A DNA stretch of 64,000 nucleotides from NCBI RefSeq assembly GCF_009914755.1, contig NC_060926.1; one strand, given 5' to 3'. This stretch comes from the human T2T-CHM13v2.0 reference genome, Homo sapiens. Of this stretch, positions 29,151-40,759 are shown piece by piece. The position numbers and the translations under genes were made by a program. The notes below the pieces were generated by a model. It was given only the letters and a program-made list of their open reading frames with translations, made no database searches and was not told the origin of the DNA. Within the stretch, counting starts at the first letter, position 1. Each line of letters starts with the position of its first letter.

Positions 29151-29413
29151 TCCAGCCATTTTCTGACTTTCCTTGAGTTAATAACTCAATTCTTTTGTAC
29201 TTTTGTACTTTTATGCTCCACATTTTTTCCCAGAAGCTAGAACTTTCCAAAACTCTTACTTCTTGCTTTGACCCTATCATTTTCTGCTCAAGAAGTTTGT
29301 TGGCCCCTTCTTCTGTGAAAGGCTCTCAACCCAGCAAATACATAAGGGTAGGTCTGGGCAGAGTACTTGTCATTAACTAGTATCATTCTTTCAAGAATCT
29401 ACTTTTCTCAGAT

Positions 29414-29819
29414 GGTATGGTAGTCTGTATTCCTTTTTCCAAATCCATATTTGGTGCCCCTGTGTGTGGAAGGACGGCATTTCCCCACACTACTGCACTC
29501 AGGCAGGGCCCTGTGATTTGCTTTGGTCAGTAAAATGTGAGCAGAAGCGACATGTGTCTCTTCCAGACAGAAGTTTTAAGAGCCAGCACCTGCTTTGCTA
29601 TGGGCTATTTTTTCTTTGTCTGAGCAACTGGAAATATTCAGCTGGAAACTACTCCACCTTTCTGGGTCCTAGGCTGAAAATGACATGAGGCAGAACCTCA
29701 GTCAAGCCACTATAGATATGGAGCATACTGAGTAAGAGACAAATCTTTGTTGTTGGTGGTCACTGAAATGTTGGGGTCCTTTGTTACTGCAGCATCGCCT
29801 AACCTAACTGACTGATACA
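29414..29819 (+). mobile_element. MaLR MLT1I/J-like LTR
   Basis: GATTTGCTTTGGTCAGTAAAATGTGAGCAGAAG...TTTGTTACTGCAGCAT...CTGACTGATACA. Confidence 0.75.
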
Positions 29820-29829
29820 AGTGGATAAC

Positions 29830-30045
29830 CAGTATTTCTAAAGCTGCCTCCTACTTCAGGGTTTGATTTATCCTCCAGGCGATATTTACCAATGTCTGGA
29901 GACATTTTTGGTTGTCACAAGTGGAGGCATGCTACTAACACCTAGCTAGGGAAATGCTGCTAAATATCCTACAATGAGCAGAACAGTCCCCCACAACAAA
30001 GAATTATCCAGCCTGCCTAAAATGGCAATATTGCCAAAGTTAGGT
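29830..30045 (+). mobile_element. MER20 hAT-Charlie MITE
   Basis: CAATGTCTGGAGACATTTTTGGTTGTCACAA...CCCCACAACAAAGAATTATCCAGCC. Confidence 0.85.
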
Positions 30046-30079
30046 CTACACTAACCATCAAAATGATCCAACTTATTGA

Positions 30080-30600
30080 TGTATCATTAGCAGTGATTTA
30101 TTTCCAAGGAAATAGAATGCCCCAGTAGTCTGAATAGCTTAAAAAAAATAGTTAATTTTGTTTGTTTTTTGACTAATACAAAGTTCAACACTGGGCAGTC
30201 CAAGAATGGTATAGGGGCTGAGAGATGTCATCAGGAGTAAGGCCCTTCCTACTATCTGTGCTGCCATTCTTCGTATGTGAGCTCATTAAATTCATGAGCA
30301 TGAGAAAGCTGCTGCTCCTCCAGCCATACACACAGATTCTAAGCAAGACAAAGCAGAGAGGCAAAGATCTGAGCCAACCGCGTCAAATCCATTTCATCAG
30401 AAAAGCCAAAGCTTGTCCATACACCCCTCAGAAGATCCTCCCTTAGGTCTCATTGTTCAAAGTTTCTCCACTTAGCAACGCAAGTACCAAAGGAAGCTGG
30501 GACTGTGCATATTTAGCTTTCCCAGTCTTTATAGTAGAAAAGGCAAGAGGATAAAAGATTGAGAATCAGTCTTTAGAGAGCAATCTTACAGTATCTGTCT
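30080..30600 (-). mobile_element. Old MaLR LTR (MLT1K/L-like)
   Basis: GCTGCTGCTCCTCCAGCCAT...TAGGTCTCATTG...AAGGAAGCTGGGA...TATTTAGCTTT. Confidence 0.55.
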
Positions 30601-31884
30601 TTCTCTGGCTTTAGCCTATAGACCAGTTACACTGACTTGTGCCATGAGTGAGGAAGGGGGAAGATGACATGCAAAACTGTTTTGAGACCTATGGTCACGG
30701 TTCCATAGACAGCTTTGTGAAGTAGGATGAAAAGAACCTCCTCCTTTTCCTTCCAGTGTCCCTTCCAGGCATTCCAGTGAGTCATCCTCCTGTTTCAAGC
30801 TCATGCCCAAACCCAAGCACCTGTCCTGCGGTCTTCACAGCCTGCCAGAGGATACCTGTAGAACTACATGAAGACAGGTTTTCTCAGCATGGCCTCATGC
30901 AAATTCTAGGATGTGGAGGCAACTAACTAGCTAGGAGCGAGGCATTCTTGGACAGTAGTGTGGGAAGCTAGCAAAAAGACAAGAACAGTGACCTTTGGCC
31001 TAGAAAGTCCTAAATTATTGGCAATGGCTTTGTCTTTCATCTCAACTCTCACCACAACTCCACATCTGACTAGTTAGTCCTTCTGAGGGTTTGCAATCTA
31101 TGACTCAGTTAATAGGGGCAATATGTGCCCAGGAGGACTTCTAATAGAAAATGCATCCATATGGAAATGCAATCCAGAAGCATCAAGGAGCACAGATGAT
31201 GAATTATGATAACCTTAGCTCATTCAGTAAGTCAGCAAAAGTGTGTGTCACAGTAAATTAAAAATGACTAAACACTAGCCTTTTTGCCCATTTTAAGTAA
31301 TATTCCTTAATGACCTTAAATGAAACAGAAAATTAAAAATCTGTGAGATGAAGAGAAGAGCAAATTGAAATACTTACTCAGATACAGGATGAAAGCAGCA
31401 AAAAGTTAATAGTTATTTCTATGTTTAGTGCACTGATGGAAAAAATGAGTTGTCATAATTTCTTTACAATGTTACAATGTGAGTGCTATTCTTAATGTAC
31501 TTTTCAGTCAAAGGCAGAGCCAAAGAGATAAGAAAGGTAATATATAGAAAAATGACTCAGTGTGTAGGCTAGATCAGAAGTTGGTGCATATGTAGAGTAC
31601 TTAACTTCTTCCAGGTTTTATTACTACAGTGATTCCTTATTCAGGAATAGAACTCTTAGCTACTAGCCCCTAAATGAATGGAGAGCTGTATGCTGCACAG
31701 CTTGGAAACTGGAAACTGATTTAGATGTCATGATTTCTAAGCCTATGTGTTGGCACTTAAAACCTCTCAGAATTAACTTATATATCAAAGTTGACCCAAT
31801 GAAATGAAAACACCAAGAGATCATCACACTGTTCTTGGGGATAGGAGGCTTCGTTGGTGTTGTAAACAACAACAACAAAAAAGC

Positions 31885-31995
31885 ACTAAATCTGGGGCCA
31901 GAAAATGTACCTCAGTCTTTGCCTCCACCACTTATTTACTAGATATGACACTACGGGCAGGTCTTTACATCTCTCTAAACCTCAGTTTCCTCCAA
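31885..31995 (+). mobile_element. MIR core
   Basis: TTTGCCTCCACCACTTATTTACTAG...TCTCTCTAAACCTCAGTTTCCTC. Confidence 0.6.
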
Positions 31996-32001
31996 AATCT
32001 A

Positions 32002-32335
32002 CATAAGTTATCTGCTACTGAATAACAATTTATCCCCAAAACTTAGCAGCTTAAAACAACAATAAAAATTTATTATCTCACATAGTTTCTGTGGGAGAGT
32101 TCAGAAGCAACTTACCTGGGTGGTCCAGACTCAGGGTCTCTAGTGAGCTATTGAGATACTGACCACAGCAGTATTCATTTTAAGACTTGACTGGCCCTGG
32201 AGAATCCTGTTCCAAGATGCTTACTTATATGGCTTGCAAATTAGTACTGACTACAGGACCACTCACTACGTGGACTCTCCTCAGGCCTGTTTGAGCTTCC
32301 TTGCAACATGGAGGCTGGCTTCCTCCAAAGGAATA
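32002..32335 (-). mobile_element. MaLR MLT1H/F-like LTR fragment
   Basis: CCCCAAAACTTAGCAGCTTAAAACAAC...TTTATTATCTCACATAGTTTCTGTGGG...CAACATGGAGGCTGGCTTCCTCC. Confidence 0.75.
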
Positions 32336-33047
32336 AGCATAAAAGGACTTTTTAAATCATAACACTCTTTACAATTATTATAAGTGTTTCATCCTAATTC
32401 CATCATATGATCAAGAATGTACACTTGGTAACAGGGTTGGTCAAGAAATCTATGTGTATGTCCATATATATATATGTGCTTTTTAACTGACTTTAATTGT
32501 TATCAAAAGTATACATGTACATGGTTTTAAAACTCAGATAGTGGATAGTGCCATCAGGTTTACAGAAAAAAAAAAGTCAGGCACATACCCTATTCCTGTA
32601 CTTCTCAAAAATAACCACTTTTAATCTTTTAGCATTTTAACTCAACCTATACAAATAACCTGCATGAACTATTTTTTAATTTATAATTTTAGAAATAATT
32701 TATTGGCTTCCTAATATTAGAAGTTTTAACTCTAATACCATATTCACCTCTTCCTCAATTCCCAAAAATATAATTTCAAGAAAATCAATATTCAGTCTGT
32801 GCATAATAATATTGGTGTAAATTTGGGTCTTAGCTAAGCTGTATAAGGTATTAGGTAATTTCTTTTTAATGATGATATTCATTTTATCTGCAAAGGAGAC
32901 TAAAAGCTATAAGTTTTTTTTAGTATTATGAGATACAGAGAAATTAAACAGTTTCTTCAAGGTTTAATTAGCAATGTCATTTTGAGACATATTTATTCAA
33001 TGCTTAGCAAGGTAGTCTGGTGACATTTTTTTAATCATGTAAAAAAA

Positions 33048-33348
33048 AGCCAGGAGCGGTGGCTCCCACTTGTAATCCTAGCTACTCAGGAGGCTGAGGC
33101 AGGAAGATTGCTTGAGGCCTGGAGTTTTGAGATTAGCTTGGGCAACATAGTAAGACTCTATCTTTAAAAATACAAAAAATAAATTAGCTGGGCACAGTAA
33201 CATGAGCCTGAAACTGTTGTCCTAGCTATTCAAGGGGCTGGAGTGGGAGGATTGCTTGAGCCCAGGAGTTTGAGGCTACAGTGAGCTATGATCACCACTC
33301 AGCTTGGTGACAGAGTAAGACCCTGTCTCTAAAATTAATTAACTAAAA
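33048..33348 (+). mobile_element. AluJo-like
   Basis: GGAGGATTGCTTGAGCCCAGGAGTTTGAGGCTACAGTGAGCTATGATC. Confidence 0.92.
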
Positions 33349-33351
33349 AGC

Positions 33352-34570
33352 CTTTTAAAATAAAATATACTTAACAAAAAATTTACCATCTTAATCATTT
33401 TCAAGCAGACAGTTCAGTGGCATTAAGTACATTCACATTTTTATGTGACTATCACCACCATCCATCTTCAGAACTTTCTCATCTTCCCAAACTGAAACTC
33501 TGTGCCCATCAAACTATAACTTCCCATTACTTCACTCTTCTGGCAATCGCCATGCTATTTTGTATGAATCTGTTTTAGATACCTCATATAAATGAAATCA
33601 TACACAATATTTAACCTTTTGTGACTAATTTATTTTCACTTAGCATGTCTTCAAGATTCATCCATGTTGTAGCATGTGTCAGAATTTCCTCCCTTGTTAA
33701 GGCTTAATAATATTCCATCGTATGTATATACACATGTGGTTTATCCACTCTTTCAGTAGATATTTTGGTTGCTTCCACATTTTTGCTATTATGAATAATA
33801 TGCTATAGACTTGGGAATACAAATATCTCTTCAAGTCTCTGCTTTCAAGTCTTTGGGGTATATACAAAGAAGTAGAATTGCCAGATCCTATGATAATTCT
33901 ATATGTAATTTTCCTTTTTTTTTTACGTAATGGCCATCCTAATGGATGAAGTGGTATCTCGTTATAGTTTTCATTTGTATTTCTGTAATGAACTGTGATT
34001 TTGAACATCTTTTCATGTGCTTATTGGCCATTTATAAATCATCTTTGGAGAAATGTCTAAGTTTTTGCCCATCTTAATTAGGTTGGTTTTTTTCTTGTTG
34101 GATTGTAGTTCTTTTTGTATCCTGGATATAATCCGTTATCAGATACATTATTTGCAAATATTTTCTCCCATTCTGTGAGTTGTCTTTTCAATCCGATAGT
34201 ATCTTTTGATGCACAAAAGTTTTTAATTTTGAGGTAGTCCCATTTGTCTACTTTTGCCTTTGTTGCTTGTGCTTTTGGTGTTACATCTAATAAGTCATTG
34301 CCAAATCCAGTGTCATGAAGCTTTTTCCCTATGTTTTCTTATAACAGCTTGATAGTTTTAGCTCTTGCATTAAGGTTTTTGACCTATTTTCAGTTAATTT
34401 TTGGATATGGTGTAAGGTAAGAATTCAACTTTGTTCTTTTTCAAATGAATATCCAGTTTTCCCTGCACAATTTGTTGAAAAGAATGTCCTCTCCCCATTA
34501 AGTAGTCTTGGCAGCCTTGTCAAAAATCATTTGACCATATATGTGAGAGTTTACTTCTGCGTTTGTATTA
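33352..34570 (-). mobile_element. L1MB-type LINE-1 3' region
   Basis: AATTTACCATCTTAATCATTTT...GTTCAGTGGCATTAAGTACATTCAC...CCCAAACTGAAACTCTGT. Confidence 0.88.
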
Positions 34571-35094
34571 TGTAACGTACAACTTTTTGTTTTCTTTTGA
34601 GTTAATAATTGCCTTATCCTTTCAATTGCTCCATTTCCATGTACCTATCATTAATTCACACCCAACTGGCCCAGATATATAAAATTCCTCTCATTATAGT
34701 TTTTAAAATCTGGCAGTAGATCGGTTTGATACATTTTCTTGATTGTTTTGGGGACATTGCTCTCAGATCCCTCTGCCTCCCTGCTCCTCTTTGAGGACTT
34801 CTGCACAGCTATTATGTTTCTTTTCACTGTCATCCTGGGAATTCCCATTGCTGCATCTTGTGGCAGGTGCCCCATACCCAGGATTCCTTATGTCTTCCTT
34901 CTTTACTCACTCATGTTGGTGAAGCACATCATTCAACTTTCTGAATATATTTATTCCATCCTAACACTTTAGTTTTCATATGAGAAAGTATGGAATTCTA
35001 GATTTGAAATATATTATCTCAGAATATTGAAGGCTTGACTCCATTGGCTTCTAGCTTCCAGCATAACTGTTAAGAAATCAAATTTTAGATAACA

Positions 35095-35400
35095 GGACAT
35101 CAGTAAAAAGATTGTGGGTGGGAAATTTCATGGTCATATCTTTTTCAAGTAGATCACATTGACTGCTGTGTGACAGATGAAGCTAAGAGGTTCAGAAACC
35201 AGTTGGAAGACTAGCAGAATTCCAAGGAAAAGCTAAAAAAAACCTAAACTAAAAAGAGCATTAGAGATGGAAAGAAAGGGTAGAATTCAATAAATATTTA
35301 GGAAACGATATGAGTAGGATGAACTGATTATTGGTAGGGTCTAGGATGATTCCCCGTATTTGGACAAAAGTAGATAAAGCCTCAGCATTTGGAAGTACAA
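35095..35400 (-). mobile_element. L2 fragment
   Basis: AGATCACATTGACTGCTGTGTG...GAAACCAGTTGGAAGACTA...CTAGGATGATTCCC. Confidence 0.5.
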
Positions 35401-35532
35401 TAGACAGACAGATATAGGTATATATCTATACAACAGACATATCTATATATATGGATTTTTTTATTTTAAATGTAGTTAACTGCTGTTGATGAGAAAAAGA
35501 CCAAACTGTAAAATATTTGAAGAGGTTTATTC

Positions 35533-35567
35533 TGAGTCAGTATGAGTGACTCAGATAATATGAGTCA
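35533..35567. promoter_or_regulatory. Three consensus AP-1 sites, 14-bp periodic
   Basis: TGAGTCA 35533-39, TGACTCA 35547-53, TGAGTCA 35561-67; motifs certain, function inferred. Confidence 0.5.
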
Positions 35568-36472
35568 CTACAGCCAGGGATGCAGCCTCAAGAAGTCCTG
35601 AGAACATGTGCCTGAGGTGACTGGGTTACAACTTGCTTTTATACATCTTAGGGAGACAGAAGTTACAGGCAAAGACATAAATCAACACATGTAAGGTATA
35701 TACATTGGTTCAACCTGGAAAGGTGGGACATCTCAAATGGGGCACATACAGGTCATGAGTGGATTTAAAGATTTTCTGATTGGCAATTGGTTAAAAAAGT
35801 TAAGCTTTGCCTAAAGAGTTGAAGTCAGCAGAAAGAAATCCTTGAATTACAATAAGCAGAGGTTGTGAAAGCCAAGGTTCTTGTTATGTAGATAAAGCCT
35901 CTAGGTAGCATACTTCAGAGAGACTAGATGGTAAATGTCTCTTTTTGGACCTTAAAAGGTGTCAGATTCTTAGTTAACTCTCTTCGGGATGAGGATAAGA
36001 CCCAGAAAGGGAAGGAGATTCTCTACAGAACATAAATTTCCCCCACAAGAGATGGCTTGGCAGGACCATTCCAAGATAATGTCAAAGAAATCTGTTTTTC
36101 AGTAAAATACTTCGATTTCCTCCAGGGCCTTTTATCTGTCATGTGATGCTATACCAGAGTCAGGTTGGAATTTGTCATCTTATTACTACAAAATGTCTGT
36201 TTTGTCAGTCTTACAACCTTTATCTTCATGTTAATGCTGGCCAGTTGTGCCTAAACTCCAAAGAGAATGGGGTATAATGAGGTATATCTGACCTCTAGTC
36301 AGATGGCCTGAACTATTTTTTTTTAAGAAAAAATATTTTAATAAGCACTTATTGAATTAAAAATGAATTAATATAAATTATGGTATTATATAAGATTATA
36401 AACTTCAACAAGATCGTTAAACATTTTCTAAAGTTCAATCTCCTAAGTCCAAAAGTGTCCTAATTATATAGC

Positions 36473-36629
36473 TATTTTATTAGTATTATTATTTTACTTT
36501 AAGTTCTGAGGTACATGTGCAGAACATGCAGGTTTGTTACATAGGTATACACATACCATGGTGGTTTGCTGCACCCATCAACCCGTCATCTACATTAGGT
36601 ATTTCTCTTAATGCTATCCCTCCCCTAGC
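36473..36629 (-). mobile_element. L1PA (about L1PA7) extreme 3' end
   Basis: TACTTTAAGTTCTGAGGTACATGTGCAGAACATGCAGG...GCTATCCCTCCCCTAGC. Confidence 0.92.
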
Positions 36630-36832
36630 TATTCAGATTTCTTTGGAATCCCTTTGGCCAGGAGGGGCTCTGTTCAGTCAGCTGGAGGGCTTAGAAATTT
36701 ATTTTTGGTTTACTTTGCATTATGAGATAATGGATACCTCATCTCTGGAAATACGTGAGCAAAGACCAAAGGAGTATTTTTCATCTTTTTTAGGTTATGA
36801 ATCATTTCAGAATTAGATGGAAGCAAAACTAC

Positions 36833-36886
36833 ATACATGTGCATGCATGCACACACACACACACACACAAGTACACACACACACAT
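36833..36886. repeat. (TGCA)n/(CA)n microsatellite
   Basis: CATGTGCATGCATGCACACACACACACACACACAAGTACACACACACAC. Confidence 0.9.
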
Positions 36887-37120
36887 TTTTGTATATATAT
36901 TTAACTTCTAAGTCAATTAGGTGAAGAGAAAATGAACTAATTGATCTTTTGCAAGGTATAGTGTAGAGAGGATCCTTGGGCTGACTATGAGGTAGGATCA
37001 GTGAGCTCTAATTAGCTTCCAACTCTCATTATTCTAATTCTATAAATAATAAAGTACTACCTGTTGCTGTGTCCCTGTACCAAGAATGCATTGCCAAACT
37101 CACCTCACCACGTTTCCATT

Positions 37121-37655
37121 TGAGACAGGAGTTTGGCAGGACTGGTTTCACAAGACACAGGTCACAAAGACGCCACTGATAAAACAGGATGCAGTGAAGA
37201 TGCTGGCCAAAACCAACGTGGCAACAAGAACAACCTCTAGTTGTCCTGGCTGCTTATTATATGCTAATTATAATACATTAGCATACCCAAGGAAACTCTC
37301 ACCAGCACCATGACAGTTCATAAATGCCATGGCAATGTCTGGAAGTTACCCTGTATAATCTGAAAGGGGGAGGAACCCTCAGTTCCAGGAACTCCCTGCC
37401 CCTTTCCTGGAAAACTCACAAATAATCCACCCCTTGTTTAAAATATGATCAAGAAATAACCATAAAAATAGCCAAACCAGCAGCCCTCAAGGCTCCTCTG
37501 CTTATGGAGTGGCCACCCTTTTATTCCTTTACTTTCTTAATAGACTTGCTTTCATTTCACTCTGTTGGCTTGCTCTTTAATTCCTTCCTGCACGAAGTCA
37601 AGAATACATGTGGCCTCCCAGGCTGAACCCCAATTTGGGGGTTTACCCTGTGACA
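37121..37655 (+). mobile_element. MER41-family ERV1 solo LTR
   Basis: CAGGTCACAAAGAC..CTGATAAAACAGG, ATGCCATGGCAATGTCTGGAAGTTACCC, GGAGGAACCCTCAGTTCC match MER41; TG..CA ends; perfect 4-bp TSD CATT. Confidence 0.88.
37383..37412. promoter_or_regulatory. Tandem GAS (STAT) motifs in MER41
   Basis: TTCCAGGAA 37383-91 and TTCCTGGAA 37404-12, both TTCN3GAA. Confidence 0.55.
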
Positions 37656-38094
37656 CATTAATTACTTACATGTATTGACCTCCTTGAGGAAGAAGTCTTT
37701 CTTTTACCCCTCTGGATGTCCCTATGGTGAAGCACAAGGTTTATTAAATAAGTCTTGTCAAATAACAACATGGGGAAATCAAAGTGGTATGGTCCTTGCC
37801 CTCTAGCAACAGCATCTGCTCTTTTCCTTCTCTTCCCCAACCACTACCACAATCCTTAACCATTAGAATTACACTAACTACTCAAGTTCAATTCTGTATC
37901 CTGAGATACTTAATGTTTCTATTGGACCCCAGTCATACCATTAGGGAGTTACATGGAACCCGTTTAAGATTTTGAAGGAAATCTTGATAGCCCCAAATTA
38001 TGTACCCCAGCCCCTCCCCCCAAAAGAGATTTTTATCCTTTGATTACTGCTTAGGAGGGGATATGGCGGTGAAGTAGGCACAAGACGGGAATTT

Positions 38095-38205
38095 GGGGAT
38101 TAACATCCAGTTCTTAACTTATTCTGGGTCCTACAATTAGCTCCCTTTCTCTCCTTGGGCTTCAGTGTTTTCATCTGTAAATGAAAAGACTTGACTGGAC
38201 CATAA
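38095..38205 (+). mobile_element. MIR/MIR3 core
   Basis: TGGGCTTCAGTGTTTTCATCTGTAAATGAAAAGACTTGACT. Confidence 0.6.
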
Positions 38206-38728
38206 TAGCTAATAGGCTTTCTTTTGGGCTATCTCTATCAGTTGGTTACAACTGCCTGGTACACTGTGCAGAGGAGGACTATGAGGCTGGGTCTGGGCCA
38301 GGGCTGAGCAGCACCCTGTTTGGATGGTGTCTGCAGTGGAAAGGCAGGGTGTGTGCTGGCAGTATGCCAGCCCCAGGGTGGATGGTCACTAATGTCCCCA
38401 TTCAGCTTTCTAAGTCTGTGACTAATACCCTTATTTTTCAGCCTGTTAGCCTTTTTTGTTGGTCTCAATTAATGAATCTCCACATTTTTCATGTCCCTTT
38501 TTAATTGAGGAGACTAGAAGTGGATAAAGTTTGCTTGAAAACTTATCAGAGATATATAATGTCGTAGTTCCTAAATTCCACATTCCACTTACATGTCAAA
38601 ATAGTTGCTTCTTTAATTAGAATTGAAATGTCAACCCATGATATATGGGACACATGACACTAATAATAACTTATTTCCAGCTGTAGAGAAATACATAATA
38701 TAAAATAAAATAATTCAGCATAACATAT

Positions 38729-39188
38729 TATATTAGTTTCTTAGACAGCTCCTGTAACAAATTACCACAGACTAGGTGGCTAAAACAACACAAATGTATT
38801 CTCTCACAGTCCTGGAAGCCAGATGTCCAGAATTAAGGTATTGGCCATCATGTTCCTTCTGAGGGCCCCAGAGAGGAGTCTTCCTTTTTCTTCCTAGCTT
38901 CTGGTGGTTGCTGGCAATTCTTGACATTCCTCCGCTTGCAGCTGTATTGCTCCAGTCTCTGCCCCTGTAGTCACATGGTACTCCTCCCTGGGAATCTGTG
39001 TCTCCAAATCTCTCTCTCCTTAGAGGAAAACCAGTCAGTGGATTTCGGGCTCACCCGAATCTAGTATGATCTCAACCTAACTTGATTGCATTTGCAAAGA
39101 CCCTATTTCCAAATAAAGTCACATTCACAGGTACCAGAAGTTAAGACTTCAGGACATCATTTTGGGGGACACAATTCCACCCACAATA
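38729..39188 (-). mobile_element. MaLR MLT1B/C-like LTR
   Basis: TGTAACAAATTACCACAGACTAGGTGGCTAAAACAAC...TTTGCAAAGACCCTATTTCCAAATAAAGTCACATTCACAGGTACC. Confidence 0.85.
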
Positions 39189-40759
39189 CATATCATAGCA
39201 ACTTCCACACTTGCCAAATAATTCATTATTAAATCATGACAGACATCCATGTTTCATCTTGCGTATCCTGATAATCATCTATAATTCTTTACCTGGAATG
39301 GTATCATAAGTTCTTGGTGAATAAAAACACCAGACTATAGTATAATAGAATCCTATTTACAGGATATTGTGTAAAATGTCTATATGTATAAAAATGCATT
39401 GAGAAATATTTGAATAAGGCAAGTATCATTTTTATAATAACAAAGCTTTAGATTTATAAGCTAGACACAACTAATAACACCAACAACAAAATATATTGTT
39501 TACAATGCTAAGACTTTTTAAAATAATAAAAGCAAAAGTAAAAACAAACATACAATTTAAAAGACATGCTTTTATATGTTGACAAAAAACAAAGATAATT
39601 TTGGCATTTATATTTAGTCCTAATCCTTTTAAAACCGTTAGCTAACCAATGATCAAAGATGAAAAGGGTCTTGCCTTCTTCCTCATAAAGGAAGAAATTC
39701 TTTCCCCGAAATCCAAAGTAACTGTATTTAATAGGCCACTTTTTGTCTCTTACTATTATTGAAAAGGCTGCCCCTATTATGTTATCTCTAAGTTGTGGCA
39801 AAAAGAAAGTTGACATCAGGTATTTGGCCTCAGATGAACCTACAATAGAGAAATCAGAAAAGCAGTGCAAAGAAGGGAGTCAAGACAAACATGAGCCTGG
39901 GGGCTGAACAGAGACCCAAGTATGCACCGTTCAGCAAATCTGCAAGGACAACCTTTGCTAAGAGCTAAAATCAGTGGTCAGTGGGGCATGCAGCTTCACT
40001 ACTTCCACCTGTCTTTTAGTGTGTCATTATTGCAAATTAAATAATTCAGTTGAAAGATAAAACATTCGCTACACTGGCAGCAAAATCTTTTGATGCCAAC
40101 ATGTGACAAACGTAATTGAGTTCTCTTCCACTAAAAGTCAGACTATCATGGAGTTCAAATCCAAGTCTCTCAGACCTTCTGTGTCCCATTTAAAAAGGAT
40201 GGTTGTATAGGCTCTGACATAGTTGACTTTTTAACTGCAAAGGAAGGAAGTTCCTTTAAGCCTAAAAAAGCAAAACCATCTGGTATTGCACAGCTGTGGA
40301 AATATTGTGTATCTAATTATTTATGGAGATACCTATGATTTGGCCTTGATATATCCCAAAAGACTTTGGAAAAGCAGAGTTTCATTGCGGGTTCAGATCA
40401 ATAGCTTCTAAATGGTTATTCTGGTTCAAGATTTTTCTCATCAGAATGAAGAATGGAAAGATCCTGTTTTCATTAAAGAACCACAGAACTGTCATCCTGG
40501 TTTATGTCAAGACATCAGAGAAGACATGCCTATGTAGTCCTGTAGGAAAAATCATTCTGACAGTCATTCTATAACTTTGGCCTTTAAACTTCATCGGTCA
40601 GAACAGGTGACAGAAATATATTTAACAACAAATGTAGTATCTAAACCCCTAGTTATTTATTGCCATATATGCTCTACAGATTAACTACTAAGAAATGATA
40701 ATCTACCCTTTATAAATAAAATCACAAAAAAATGTAGAACTTTAGAGTTTAACACTTAA

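Larger units (their letters stand above)
32495..35085 (-). mobile_element. HAL1, interrupted by AluJ and L1MB
   Basis: TTATCAAAAGTATACATGTACATGGTTTTAAAA mirrors the HAL1 end near 7900-7940; resumes about 34590 (TTGGTGAAGCACATC...TTCTAGCTTCCAG). Confidence 0.6.
35484..36714 (-). mobile_element. MER4-type (MER4D-like) ERV1 solo LTR with insertion at 36316-36630
   Basis: TGTAAAATATTTGAAGAGGTTTATTCTGAG...GTCCTGAGAACATGTGCC...GGGCTTAGAAATTTATTTTTGGTTTAC. Confidence 0.85.
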
